Under the pieces are notes generated by a model. It had not been told where the DNA came from. It did no database searches and saw nothing but the letters and a program-made list of their open reading frames with translations. Positions 40,369 through 52,965 of a stretch of DNA of 64,000 bases are shown here, piece after piece. This DNA is from Mobula hypostoma (Eukaryota). The translations under genes and the position numbers were made by a program. The first letter of the stretch is position 1. Each line of letters starts with the position of its first letter. The stretch lies in NCBI RefSeq assembly GCF_963921235.1, contig NC_086097.1, forward strand, positions 203,672,001-203,736,000. Direction: 5' to 3'.

Positions 40369-43300
40369 TCAGAACCCTGTACCAGCCTTCCCTCCATACC
40401 CCCTGATCCCCGTAGACACAAGGGCCATATCTATCTCCCTCTTAAATATAGCCAATGAACTGGCCTCAACTGTTTCCTGTGGCAGAGAATTCCACAGATT
40501 CACCACTCTCTGTGTGAAGAAGTTTTTCCTAATCTTGGTCCTAAAAGGCTTCCCCTTTATCCTCAAACTGTGACCCCTCGTTCTGGACTTCCCCAACATC
40601 GGGAACAATCTTCCCGCATCTAGCCTGTCCAATCCCTTTAGGATTTTATACGTTTCAATCAGATCCCCCCTCAATCTTCTAAATTCCAACGAGTACAAGC
40701 CCAGTTCATCCAGTCTTTCTTCATATGAAAGTCCTGCCATTCCAGGAATCAATCTGGTGAACCTTCTTTGTACTCCCTCTATGGCAAGGATGTCTTTCCT
40801 CAGATTAGGGGACGAAACTGCACACAATACTCCAGGTGTGGTCTCACCAAGGCCTTGTACAACTGCAGTAGTACCTCCCTGCTCCTGTACTCGAATCCTC
40901 TTGCTATAAATGCCAGCATACCATTCGCCTTTTTCACCGCCTGCTGTACCTGCATGCCCACTTTCAATGACTGGTGTATAATGACACCCAGGTCTCGTTG
41001 CACCTCCCCTTTTCCTAATCAGCCGCCATTCAGATAATAACCTGTTTTCCTATTTTTGCCACCAAAGTGGATAACTTCACATTTATCCACATTAAATTGC
41101 ATCTGCCATGAATTTGCCCACTCACCTAACCTATCCAAGTCACCCTGCATCCTCTTAGCATCCTCCTCACAGCTAACACTGCCACCCAGCTTCGTGTCAT
41201 CCGCAAACTTGGAGATGCTGCATTTAATTCCCTCATCCAAGTCATTAATATATATTGTAAACAACTGGGGTCCCAGCACTGAGCCTTGCAGTACCCCACT
41301 AGTCACTGCCTGCCATTCTGAAAAGGTCCCGTTTATTCCCACTCTTTGCTTCCTGTCTGCTAACCAATTCTCCACCCACACCAATACCTTACCCCCAATA
41401 CCGTGTGCTTTAAGTTTGCACACTAATCTCCTGTGTGGGACCTTGTCAAAAGCCTTTTGAAAATCCAAATATACCGCATCCACTGGTTCTCCCCAATCCA
41501 CTCTACTTGTTACATCCTCAAAAAATTCTATGAGATTCGTCAGACATAATTTTCCTTTCACAAATCCATGCTGACTTTGTCCGATGATTTCACCGCTTTC
41601 CAAATGTGCTGTTATCACATCTTTGATAACTGACTCCAGCAGTTTCCCCACCACCGACGTTAGGCTAACCGGTCTATAATTCCCCAGTTTCTCTCTCCCT
41701 CCTTTTTTAAAAAGTGGGGTTACATTAGCCACCCTCCAATCCTCAGGAACTAGTCCAGAATCTAACGAATTTTGAAAAATCATCACTAATGCATCCACTA
41801 TTTCTTGGGCTACTTCCTTAAGCACTCTGGGATGCAGACCATCTGGCCCTGGGGATTTATCTGCCTTCAATCCCTTCAATTTACCTAACACCACTTCCCT
41901 ACTAACATGTATTTCGCTCAGTTCCTCCATCTCACTGGACCCCCTGTCCCCTACTATTTCTGGTAGATTATTTATGTCCTCCTTAGTGAAGACAGAACCA
42001 AAGTAATTATTCAATTGGTCTGCCATGTCCTTGCTCCCCATAATCAATTCACCTGTTTCTGTCTGTAGGGGACCTACATTTGTCTTTACCAGTCTTTTCC
42101 TTTTTACATATCTATAAAAGCTTTTACAGTCCGTTTTTATGTTCCCTGCCAGTTTTCTCTCATAATCTTTTTTCCCCTTCCTAATTAAGCCCTTTGTCCT
42201 CCTCTGCTGAACTCTGAATTTCTCCCAGTCCTCAGGTGAGCCACTTTCTCTGGCTAATTTGTATGCTTCTTCTTTGGAATTGATACTATCCCTAATTTCT
42301 CTTGTCAGCCACGGGTGCACTACCTTCCTTGATTTATTCTTTTGCCAAACTGGGATGAACAATTGTTGTAGTTCATCCATGCAACCTTTAAATCCTTGCC
42401 ATTGCATATCTACCGTCAATCCTTTAAGTGTCATTTGCCAGTCTATCTTAGCTAATTCACGTCTCATACCTTCAAAGTTACCCCTCTTTAAGTTCAGAAC
42501 CTTTGTTTCTGAATTAACTATGTCACTCTCTATCTTAATGAAGAATTCCACCATATTATGGTCACTCTTACCCAAGGGGCCTCTCACGACAAGATTGCTA
42601 ATTAACCCTTCCTCATTGCTCAAAACCCAGTCCAGAATAGCCTGCTCTCTAGTTGGTTCCTCGACATGTTGGTTCAAAAAACCATCCCGCATACATTCCA
42701 AGAAATCCTCTTCCTCAGCACCTTTACCAATTTGGTTCACCCAGTCTACATGTAGATTGAAGTCACCCATTATAACTGCTGTTCCTTTATTGCACACCTT
42801 TTTAATTTCCTGTTTAATACCATCTCCGACCTCACTACTACTGTTAGGTGGCCTGTACACAACTCCCACCAGCGTTTTCTGCCCCTTAGTGTTACGCAGC
42901 TCTACCCATATCGATTCCACATCTTCCCGGCTTATGTCCTTCCTTTCTATTGTGTTAATCTCCTCTTTAACCAGCCCACCTCCTTTTCTTTTATGTCTAT
43001 CCCTTCTGAATATTGAATATCCCTGAACGTTGAGCTCCCATCCTTGGTCACCCTGGAGCCATGTCTCTGTGATCCCAACTATATCATAATCATTAATAAC
43101 AATCTGCACTTTCAATTCATCCACCTTATTACGAATGCTCCTTGCATTGACACACAAAGCCTTCAGGCGCTCTTTTACAACTCTCTTAGCCCTTATACAA
43201 TTATGTTGAAAAGTGGCCCTTTTTAATGCTTGCCCTGGATTTGTCGGCCTGCCACTTTTACTTTTCTCCTTAGTACTTTTTGCTTCTACCCTCACTTTAC

Positions 43301-43406
43301 ACCCCTCTGTCTCTCTGCACTCGTTCCCATCCCCCTGTTGTGAACTAACCTCCTCTCGCCTAGCCTCTTTAATTTGATTCCCACCCCCCAACCATTCTAG
43401 TTTAAA
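40369..43406 (-). pseudogene. CR1 ORF2: APE endonuclease plus reverse transcriptase
   Basis: 790-aa open stretch (VNARS, ITETWL, YRPPN, MGDFN, SDH, FADD) ended by CGA>TGA at 41019 and a frameshift near 40812, relative to the sibling copy at 30389..31261. Confidence 0.93.
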
Positions 43407-44174
43407 GTCACCTCAGTAGCCCTCGCTAATCTCCCTGCCAGGATATTGGTCCCCCTAGGATTCAAGTATAACCCGTCCTTTTTGTATAGGTCACGCCTAC
43501 GCCAAAATAGGTCCCAATGATCCGAAAACTTGAATCCCTGCCCCCTGCTCCAATCCCTCAGCCATGCATTTATCCTCCACCTCATCGCATTCCTACTCTC
43601 ACTGTCGCGTGGCACAGGCAGTAATCCCGAGATTACTACCTTTGCAGTCCTTTTTCTCAACTCCCTTCCCAGCTCCCTATATTCTCCTTTCAGGACCTCA
43701 TCCCTTTTCCTACCTATGTCATTGGTACCTATATGTACCACGACCTCTGGCTCCTCACCCTCCCACTTCAGGATATCTTGGACATGATCAGAAATATCCC
43801 GGACCCTGGCACCAGGGAGGCAAACTACCATCCGGGTCTCTGGACTGCGTCCACAGAATCGCCTATCTGACCCCCTTACTATCGAGTCCCCTATCACAAC
43901 TGCCCTCCTCTTCCTTTCCCTGCCCTTCTGGGCTACAGGGCCAGACTCTGTGCCGGAGGCACGGCCACTGTCGCTTCCCCCGGGTAAGCTGTCCCCCACA
44001 ACAGTACTCAAACAGGAGTACCTATTGTTAAGGGGCACAGCCACCGGAGTACTCTCTATTACCTGACTCTTCCCCTTCCCCCTCCTAACCGTGACCCACT
44101 TGTCTGCCTCCCGTGGCCCCGGTGTGACCACCTGCCTGTAACTCCTCTCTATCAACTCCTCACTCTCCCTGACC
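43397..44174 (-). pseudogene. CR1 ORF1, SGNH/GDSL esterase-like
   Basis: Blocks VIGDSIVRG, PGA, VHIGTND, DGLYLN (His replaced by Tyr here; the other families in the window have LHLN). Confidence 0.9.
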
Positions 44175-47100
44175 TGCCCTGATGGGGCAAATTTGTAGCC
44201 ATTGGGATGAGTTGAAGTGCAATAAAGTTGCAGTGAAATCAAAGCAAGAAGTACCAAATACTGGTCTTAAGGTGTTGTACTTAAATGCACGTAGCATAAG
44301 GAATAAAGGGGATGATCTTGTCATACAGCTACAGATTGGCAGGTATGATATTGTGGCCATCACTGAGACCTGGCTAAAGGATGCATGTCTCTGGGAGCTG
44401 AACGTCCAAGGATACACGGTGTATCGGAAGGATAGGAAGGTAGGCAGAAGGGGTGGCGTAGCTCTATTGGTAAAAAATGATATTAAATCATTAGAAAGAG
44501 GTGACATAGGATCGGAACGTGCAGAAACTTTATGGGTTGAGTTAAGAAATTGCAGGGGTGAAAGGACCCTGATGACAGGCCTTCAAAGAGCTGCAGTGAT
44601 GTGGACTACAAATTACAACAGGAAATAGAAAAGGCTTGTCAAAAGGGCAGTGTTATGATAATTGTGAGGGATTTTAACATGCAAGTGGATTGGGAAAATC
44701 AGGTCGGCACTGGATCTCAAGAGAGAGAATTTGTAGAATGTCTGTGAGAATGCTTTTTAGAACAGCTTGTTGTTGAGCCCACTATCGGCTGTACTGGATT
44801 GGGTATTGTGTAATGAACCGGAGGTGATTAGAGAGATTGAGGTGAAGGAACCCTTAGGAGGCAGTGATCATAACATGGTTGAGTTCACTGTGAAATTTGA
44901 AAAACTAAGCCGAAATTGGTATTTCAGTGGAGTAAAGGAAATTATAGTGGCATGAGAGAGGAACTGGCCAAAGTTGACTGGAAAGGGATACTGGCGGGAA
45001 GGACGGCAGAGCAGCAGTGGCTGGAGTTTATGCAAGAGGTGAGGAAGGTGCAAGACAGGTATATTCCAAAAAAGAAGAAATTTTCGAATGGGAAAAGGAT
45101 GCAACCGTGGCTAACAAGAGAAGTCAAAGCCAAAGTTAAAGCAAAGGAGAGGGCATACAAGGAAGCAAAAATTAGTGGGAAGACAGACGATTGGGAAAAG
45201 TTTTTAAAAGCTTACAGAAGGAAACTAAGAAGGTCATTAAGAGGGAAAAGATTAACTATGAAAGGAAGCTAGCAAATAATATCAAAGAGGATGCTAAAAG
45301 CTTTTTCAAGTATATAAAGAGTAAAAGAGAGGTGAGAGTAGATATAAGACCGATAGAAAATGATGCTGGAGAAATTGTAATGGGAGATAAGGAGATGGCA
45401 GAGGAACTGAGCGAGTATTTTGCATCAGTCTTCACTGAGGAAGACATCAGCAGTATACTGGACACTCAAGGGTGGCAGGGAAGAGAAGTGTGCACATTCA
45501 CAATTACGACAGAGAAAGTACTCAGGAAGCTGAATAGTCTAGAGGTAGATAAATCTCCTGGACCAGATGGAATGCACCCTCGTGTTCTGAAGGAAGTAGC
45601 TGTGGAGATTGCGGAGGCATTAGCGATGATCTTTCAAAAGTCCATAGATTCTGGCATGGTTCCAGAGGACTGGAAGATTGCAAATGTCACTCAGCTACTT
45701 AAGAAGGGGGCAAGCAAGCAAAAAGGAAATTATAGACCTGTTAGCTTGACATCGGTGGTTGGGAAGTTGTTGAAGTCGATTGTCAAGGATGAGGTTACAG
45801 AGTACCTGGAGGCATATGACAAGGTAGGCAGAACTCAGCGTGGTTTCCTTAAAGGAAAATCCTGCCTGACAAACCTATTAAAATTTTTTGAGGGAATTAC
45901 AAGTAGGCTAGACAAGGGAGATGTTGTATATTTGGATTTTCAGAAGGCCTTTGACGAGGTGCCACACATGAGGCTGCTTAACAAGATAAGAGCCCATGGA
46001 ATTACGGGAAAGGTACATACGTGGATAGGGCATTGGCTGATTGGCAGGAAACAGAGAGTGGGAATAAAGGGATCCTATTCTGGTTGGCTGCCGGTTACCA
46101 GTGGTGTTCCACAGGGGTCTGTGTTGGGGCCGCTTCTTTTTACATTGTACATCAACGATTTGGATTATGGAATAGATGGCTTTGTGGCTAAGTTTGCTGA
46201 TGATACGAAGGTAGGTGAAGGGGCCGGTAGTGTTGAGGAAACAGAGAGTCTGCAGAGAGACTTGGATAGATTGGAAGAATGGGCAAAGAAGTGGCAATGA
46301 AATACAATGTTGGAAAGTGTACGGTTATGCACTTTGGCAGAAGAAATAAATGGGCAGACTATTATTTAAATGGGGAGAGAATTCAAAGTTCTGAGATGCA
46401 ATGGGACTTGGGAGTCCTCGTGCAGGATACCATTAAGGTTAACCTCCAGGTTGAGTCGGTGGTGAAGAAGGTGAATGCAATGTTGGCATTCATTTCTAGA
46501 GGAATAGAGGATAGGAGCAGGGATGTGATATTGAGGCTCTATAAGGCGCTGGTAAGTCCTCACTTGGAGTACTGTGGGCAGTTTTGGTCTCCTTATTTAA
46601 GAAAGGATGTGCTGCCGTTGGAGAGGGTACAGAGAAGATTCACGAGAATGATTCCGGGAATGAGAGGGTTAACATATGAGGAACATTTGTCCACTCTTGG
46701 ACAGTATTCCTTGGAGTTTAGAAGAATGAGGGGGGACCTCGTAGAAACGTTTCAAATGTTGAAATGCATGGACAGAGTGGATGTGGCAAAGTTGTTTCCC
46801 ATAATGGGGGAGTCTAGTACGAGAGGGCATGACTTAAGGATTGAAGGGCGCCCATTCAGAACAGAGATGTGATGAAATTTTTTAGCTAGAGGGTGGTGAA
46901 TCTATGGAACTTGTTGCCACGGGCAGCAGTGGAGGTCAAGAAATTGGGTGTATTTAAGGCAGAGATTGATAGGTATCTGAGTAGCCAGGGCATCAAAGGT
47001 TATAGTGAGAAGGCGGGGGAGTGGGACTAAATGGGAGAATGGATCAGCTCATGATAAAATGGTGGAGCAGACTTGATGGGCCGAATGGCTGACTTCTGCT

Positions 47101-47324
47101 CCTTTGTCTTATGGTCTTGTTGCCTTATGTTGTAAAACATAAAACATGAAAACTTCTGGGAGAGGGGTGGTGAATACTTCTTATAGGCACTGTAAGTAAA
47201 AATGTAAACTGCATTTACCATACACTAACTTAATCTCTATCAAACGATACCCTCTAAAATTCCTGTGTCATTAGATGAGTTTTAAATCACATACCTCCAC
47301 CTCCGCCACTGGATGATGGAGCTT

Positions 47325-48097
47325 AGTCAAGATGGTGCTAAACAGCGACTCCTTTGCTTTCATCTTCGGAAACAGCTCTGTTTCCATCTTTAATGTCTCT
47401 AATTTTCCCTTTCAGGGTTCGTTTGAAGACCCCGACCTGGAGTTATATGCTGACTTTGGTTCTTTGCAGGAATAGGACCCATTCTCGGTGGTTCACGACT
47501 GGCCATTATTCAACATGCCAAGGGCGCAGCCTTTGGAGACCTCGGATCTCGGATCTCTGAGGACGGGTGGATGGAAGGTCAGTGTCCCGACAGACCGGTG
47601 TGTCAGGGGAGCTGGAAGATCTTTGGCTGTCTGCCCAGAGACTTGAGATCTTTGGGCACAGAGCTTGGAAGAAACAACGCAACGGACTTTTAACGTCGTA
47701 AACCAGTGAGTTTTTTGTTAAGTCTCTCCTCTTGCTGTGAAATGGAGACATCTGTTTCTCCCTTATTAGGGAGAGAGAGAACCTGTGGTATGTCATATAT
47801 CGGGTGAACATGTCGTCTTTGGAGTACTGCAAGTCTGTGTCTTTACTGTTGCTTTTGCTACGTGTTTGAGAGCTCGGTGATGGGTGCCGATGCTTTTTTT
47901 TGCTGGTGGGGGGAGGGTGGTTTGTTGCTTGCTGCCGCTTATGCATGGGAGGGAGGGGATTTTGGGTTCTAACATTCAACTGTCATTCATTCTTTGGGGT
48001 ATTCCTCTGTTTTCGTGGGTGATCACGAAGAAAAAGCATTTCAGGATGTATATTATATATACTGTATTTCTCTGACATTAAATGTACCTTTGAAACC
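47325..48097 (+). mobile_element. Probable non-autonomous non-LTR element
   Basis: Starts AAGATGG (47329); richer in GC/CpG than its flanks; ends ATTAAA..CCTTTGAAACC; no credible ORF. Confidence 0.45.
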
Positions 48098-49376
48098 ATC
48101 AGTAAGGGGGGCCATTTCTGCCTCTATCGTCTCCCTGACTCCAGCCTTACCTGAACACCTCATCCATGTAGTTGTTGCCTTTGGACATGATTATCACAGC
48201 AATTTCCTGGCCAACCTTTTTTGTGATATTAGAACAGTTCAGTGAAAGACCCAGCACTTTTGCACTTAATTTTATTATAGAAGCTTAGGTGGACTTCAGT
48301 TGGGAGGATTTGCCATTCTCTGTTTAAAAAAATACTCGTCTTACATATTTACATTTTCCCTCTCTCACATTAAGTGCCTAGTATTTGACATCAACATATC
48401 ATAACAGATATAGATTGGGGTAATTCTACCAGTTTTAGTGTACACATACTCATGGTCAACATGACAACAGCAAGCAACACACACAAAATGCTAGAGGAAC
48501 TCAGCAGGCTAGGCAGCATCTGTGGAAAAGAGTGCAGTCGGCGTTCTGGGCCGAAATCCTTCGGCAGGACAGCAGTGAGATCTGCTCTTCTATATGCTTC
48601 TGAGACCAAAACCACTCACAGCTGGCATCTCGAAACCCTTAAAGATCGCCAATGTTGTCATTATGAAATCCTCCGTATTTAATGGAAGGATAATCAAGGC
48701 AGTGTCAGTATCCTCTGCCAGTCTGATATCACCAGCATGGGTCCACTAATTACACAAGCCCAAATAACCCAAACAATAAACTTCTGAAGCAGCTATTTCT
48801 TTTGAGCTTTGTCATGGATATAACACACTAGATGATGGAGGAAAATATTTACGGATGTGCTCAAAACTTCCTTGAAGAAATTCAACATCACCACTGATTG
48901 CTGCACAAATCTGGCCCAGAACGCAGGAGGAGCTTTGGGGATGTTATTGAGGATTTCAGCAAGACATCAGCAGAGTTCAGAAGCAGGAGTGTCTGTCAGG
49001 CCTTCCCTGGTTCATCTGCTGAAGAGTCTGCGATTCCCAGATTGGATGTTATTATCCACCTCAGAGCCCAAAAGGTCCAGTCTATATGTGAGCTATTGTG
49101 GCGACCCACTTTCTACGCAGGCAAACCGACTCACAAAATGGCGCTCACGTCGGCAGAGAGGCCAGCCCTAAAACGGCGCTGGGCCTTCTTCTTCACCAGC
49201 AAGGGGAGAAAGCCCACGCGGGAAGAGTTCTCTGTAATGCACTTCTGACATCATTTCCAGGCGGGAACGGAACTGCGTAAAAGCCAGTGCCGTGAAGTTT
49301 GAATAAATTAGTCTCAAGTGCAACTTACAGACTGCGTGTCATTATTTCTAGCTCTGTGTGTAGCATGTCGCTACAT

Positions 49377-49390
49377 TGGTGACCCCGACG
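49377..49390 (+). promoter_or_regulatory. Primer-binding site complementary to tRNA-Trp
   Basis: TGGTGACCCCGACG, one base after the 5' LTR. Confidence 0.85.
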
Positions 49391-52300
49391 GTCCAAATGG
49401 AATTTGGACCAAAGATAATTGACTCTTCATCTGTTCATGCAGTTTCACTAAAACTGCCAACCTTCTGGACACTGCAACCACACATGTGGTTTGACTAAGC
49501 AGGAGCCCAGTTCCAGATTCGGCAGATATCTTCTGATTCCATGCGTTACTATTACGTGGTGAGCTCCCTTGACCAGGAGACAGCTGCCCAGGTTGAGGAT
49601 TTCATACAGTCACCCCCGGAAGAAGGCAAATATGCAACATTCAAAACGTTGCTCATAGGGACCTTTGGCCTCTCACGGTGTTAGCGAGGTGCCCGCTTGC
49701 TGTACCTGGACAGTTTGGGAGACAGGCCACCATCAGCATTAATGAACGAGATGCTGGCCCTGGCTGAAGGACACAAGTCCTGCCTCATGTTTGAGCAGGC
49801 GTTCCTAGAACAACTGCTCAAGGACATACATCTGCTGCTGGCCGACGCAGATTTCAGTGACCCCCGGAAGGTGGCGGCCTGGGCAGACGTGCTGTAGAAA
49901 GCCAAGAGGGAGAGCGGGGTGTCCGTCGGACAGATTACAAAGCCACGCACCCAACAGCAGGCCAGACCAGTTCCCGGAAAACGCCAGGGCCAGCCACCTC
50001 TAATGGCTACGGCGGCTGGCCACCAGGACAGCCTCTTGTATGTCTGGGACAAACAGTCGTGACGCTGCTTCTTGGTTGAGCAGGGAGCCGGGACCCACCC
50101 TGAGGGCCGCAAACGGCAGCACGATATGGACCTACGGCTCCCGCACAGTGCAGCTGTAGTTTGGTGCCAGCCGGTTCACGTGGGACTTCACACTGGCCAC
50201 CGTGGCCCAACCACTCCTGGGGGCGGACTTCTTGTGAGCTCACAGCCTGCTGGTAGACTTGCAAGGGAAAAGACTGGTCCATGCCAAGACCTTCCAGACG
50301 TTCTCCCTGGGTGAAGCCAAGTTGCAGGCCCCATACCTGGATTCCATCACGCTGTCTGACAACGAATTCACTAGAATCCTGGTGGACTTTCCATCGGTTC
50401 TGGCACCGCAGTTCACAGCAGCCATGCCCAGACACGGAGTACAGCACCACATTCCGACCCAGGGACTACCCCTCCACGCCTGCGCATGAAGGCTCCCTCC
50501 GGACAAGCTCCACCTGGTGAAGGAGGAGTTCGAGAGGACGGAGGAATTGGGGATCGTATGGCGGTCTGATAGCCCATAGGCCTCCCCCCTGCACATGGTG
50601 CCCAAAGCAGCTGGGGGCTGGAGACCATGTGGCGACTACTGCAGACTGAACGAGACTACAACTCCAGACCGCTACCCCATGCCGCACATACAGGACTTTG
50701 CAGCAAACCGGCGCAGGGCAAGCATCTTTTCCAAGGTAGACCTCGTCCGGGGATACCATCAAATCCCGGTACACCCTGAAGACATCCCCAAAAAAGCACT
50801 CATCACCCCGTTTGGCCTGAAGAATGCCGCACAGACGTTCCAGTGACTAATGGATGCAGTGGGACGTGACTTGCACTTTGAGTTCATCTATTTGGATGAC
50901 ATCCTCATAGCCAGCAGTAGTCGTCAGGAGCATCTGTCCCACCTCCGCCAGCTCTACTCCCACCTGAGTGATTTCGGCCTCACAATCAACCCGGCCAAAT
51001 GCCAGTTCGGACTTGACACCATCGACTTCCTGGGCCACAGGATTACCAAAGATGGGGCAACACCTCTGCCCGCCAAAGTAGACGCGATCTGCCACTTCGC
51101 CCGGCCCAATACTGTCAAAGGCCTGCTGGAGTTCGTTGGTATGGTGAATTTCTTCCACCGCTTCCTCCCCTCAGCAGCCCGTATCATGTGCCCTTTGTTC
51201 ACCCTGATGTTGGGTAAGGGCAAGAACATTACTTGGGACGAAGAGGCCACAGCCGCTTTCGTTAAAGCCAAGGAAGCCTTAACAAATGCCACGATGGTAG
51301 TGTACCCCAGAACAGACGTTCCATCTGCCCTCACAGTGGACACATCCAACACAGCAGACGGTGGGGTGCTGGAGCAACTCATCGAGGGGCGCTGGCAACC
51401 CCTGGCGTTCTTCAGCAGGCACCTACGGCCGCCCGAACTCAAGTACAGTGCCTTCGACCGGGAGCTGTTGGCACTATATCTGGCAATCCAGCATTTCAGG
51501 TACTTCTTAGAAGGTAGGCCCTTCACTGCGTTCACAAACCACAAACCGCTTACCTTTGCGTTCATGAAGGTGTCTGACCCCTGGTTGTCCCGCCAGCAGC
51601 GACATCTGTCCTACATCTCCGAGTACACGATGGACATCCGGCATGTCTCGGGAAAAGACAACATCGTGGATGCACTCTCCGGACCAGCTATCCAGGCCCT
51701 GTCCCAGGGGTGGACTATGCAGCACTGGCGGAGGCGCAGCAGGTAGACAACGAGATGCCCAGATACAGGACTGCAGTGTCGGGTTTGCAGCTGCAAGACT
51801 TCCTCGTAGGCCCAGGTGAGAGGACCCTCCTGTGTGACGTGGATATTGGCCAACCTCGCCCCATCATCCTGGCAGCCTGGCGGCGGCGAGTTTTCAACTC
51901 CATACATGGCTTTGCGCACCCATCTATCAGGACAACCATCCGGATGGACTCCAGCAAGTTTGTGTGGCACGGACTTCGCAAACAGGTCAGTGAATGGGCC
52001 AAAACGTGCATGCAGTGCCAAACGGCCAAGGTGCAGCGGCACACCAAGGCTCCACCGCAGCAGTTTGAACCCACCCGCTGGAGGTTCGACCACATTCATG
52101 TGGATATCGTGGGGCCCCTGCCAGTGTCGAGAGGAGTGCGGTACCTCCTAACTATGGTAGACTGGTTCACCAGATGGCCAGAGGCGGTTCCGCTCACCGA
52201 CACTACTGCTGATCCCTGCGCCTGAGCGTTGATTGCAAACTGGGTAGCACGCTTCGGGATACCAGCCCATATTACCTCCGACAGAGCCGCCCAGTTCACC

Positions 52301-52954
52301 CCCAGTCTGTGGTCAGCTGTGGCCAGCCTGTTGGGAACACAGCTACACCACACAACTGCCTACCACCCACAGTCGAATAGACTAGTGGAGCGTTTCCACC
52401 ATCACCTGAAGTCAGCTCTCATGGCCCGCCTGAAAGTGCCGAACTGGGTGGACGAGCTTCCCTGGGTCCTGCTTGGAATCCACACGGCACCCAAGGAAGA
52501 TCTGCACACCTCGTCGGCCGAGCTGGTGTATGGCGCACCCCTGGTCGTCCCAGGAGAGTTCATACCAGCCCCAAGGGGGCAAGAGGAAGAACCCACAGCA
52601 GTCCTGGACAGACTACATGAGAGGCTCGGTAACCTGGCCCCCATACCCACTTCACAGCACGGACAGAGCCCAACCTGCGTACCCAAAGACCTGCAGAACT
52701 GTAAGTTTCTTTTTGTACAACGGGGCGGATACCAGGCATTGCTACAGCGGCCGTACAAGGTGATCAGGAACAATGGGTCCACATACATTCTGGACATTGG
52801 GGGGAAAGAGGAGGTTTTCACGGTGGACTGACTCAAACCGGCCCATGTGGACTTGGCGCAGCTGGTCAAGGTTCAGGCACCGCGGCACAGAGGAAGACTG
52901 CCCAAACAGAGACCGATCCAGACTGTGGACTTTGGGGGTGTATCACTGGTCTTT

Positions 52955-52965
52955 GGGGGGGGGGG
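52955..52965 (+). promoter_or_regulatory. Polypurine tract
   Basis: G11 run three bases before the 3' LTR. Confidence 0.85.

Larger units (their letters stand above)
40273..44174 (-). mobile_element. Young CR1 copy, nearly full coding length (5'-truncated within ORF1)
   Basis: (CTATGTTT)n tail, ORF2 and most of ORF1; host CR1 resumes at 44180 with probable TSD TGAT. Confidence 0.96.
39959..47125 (+). mobile_element. CR1 LINE (end of ORF1 plus whole decayed ORF2), interrupted at 40273-44179
   Basis: ORF1 end ..LHLNPKGTNILAGRFNRAVREGLN*; ORF2 pieces 44182..44628 (YLNARS, ITETWL), 45191..46300 (RT), 46279..46872; TSD TATGTT at 39953-39958 and 47126-47131. Confidence 0.93.
39880..47192 (+). mobile_element. 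Tc1-like terminal fragment split by the CR1 at 39959-47125 (pieces 39880-39958 and 47126-47192)
   Basis: Ends GGTGAATACTTCTTATAGGCACTG followed by TA (47193-47194); no partner end found. Confidence 0.5.

Noticed and set aside
42259..43026. 255-aa plus-strand ORF and other ORFs antisense to CR1, Gypsy and Tc1
   Set aside because: Shadow frames of transposon coding sequence
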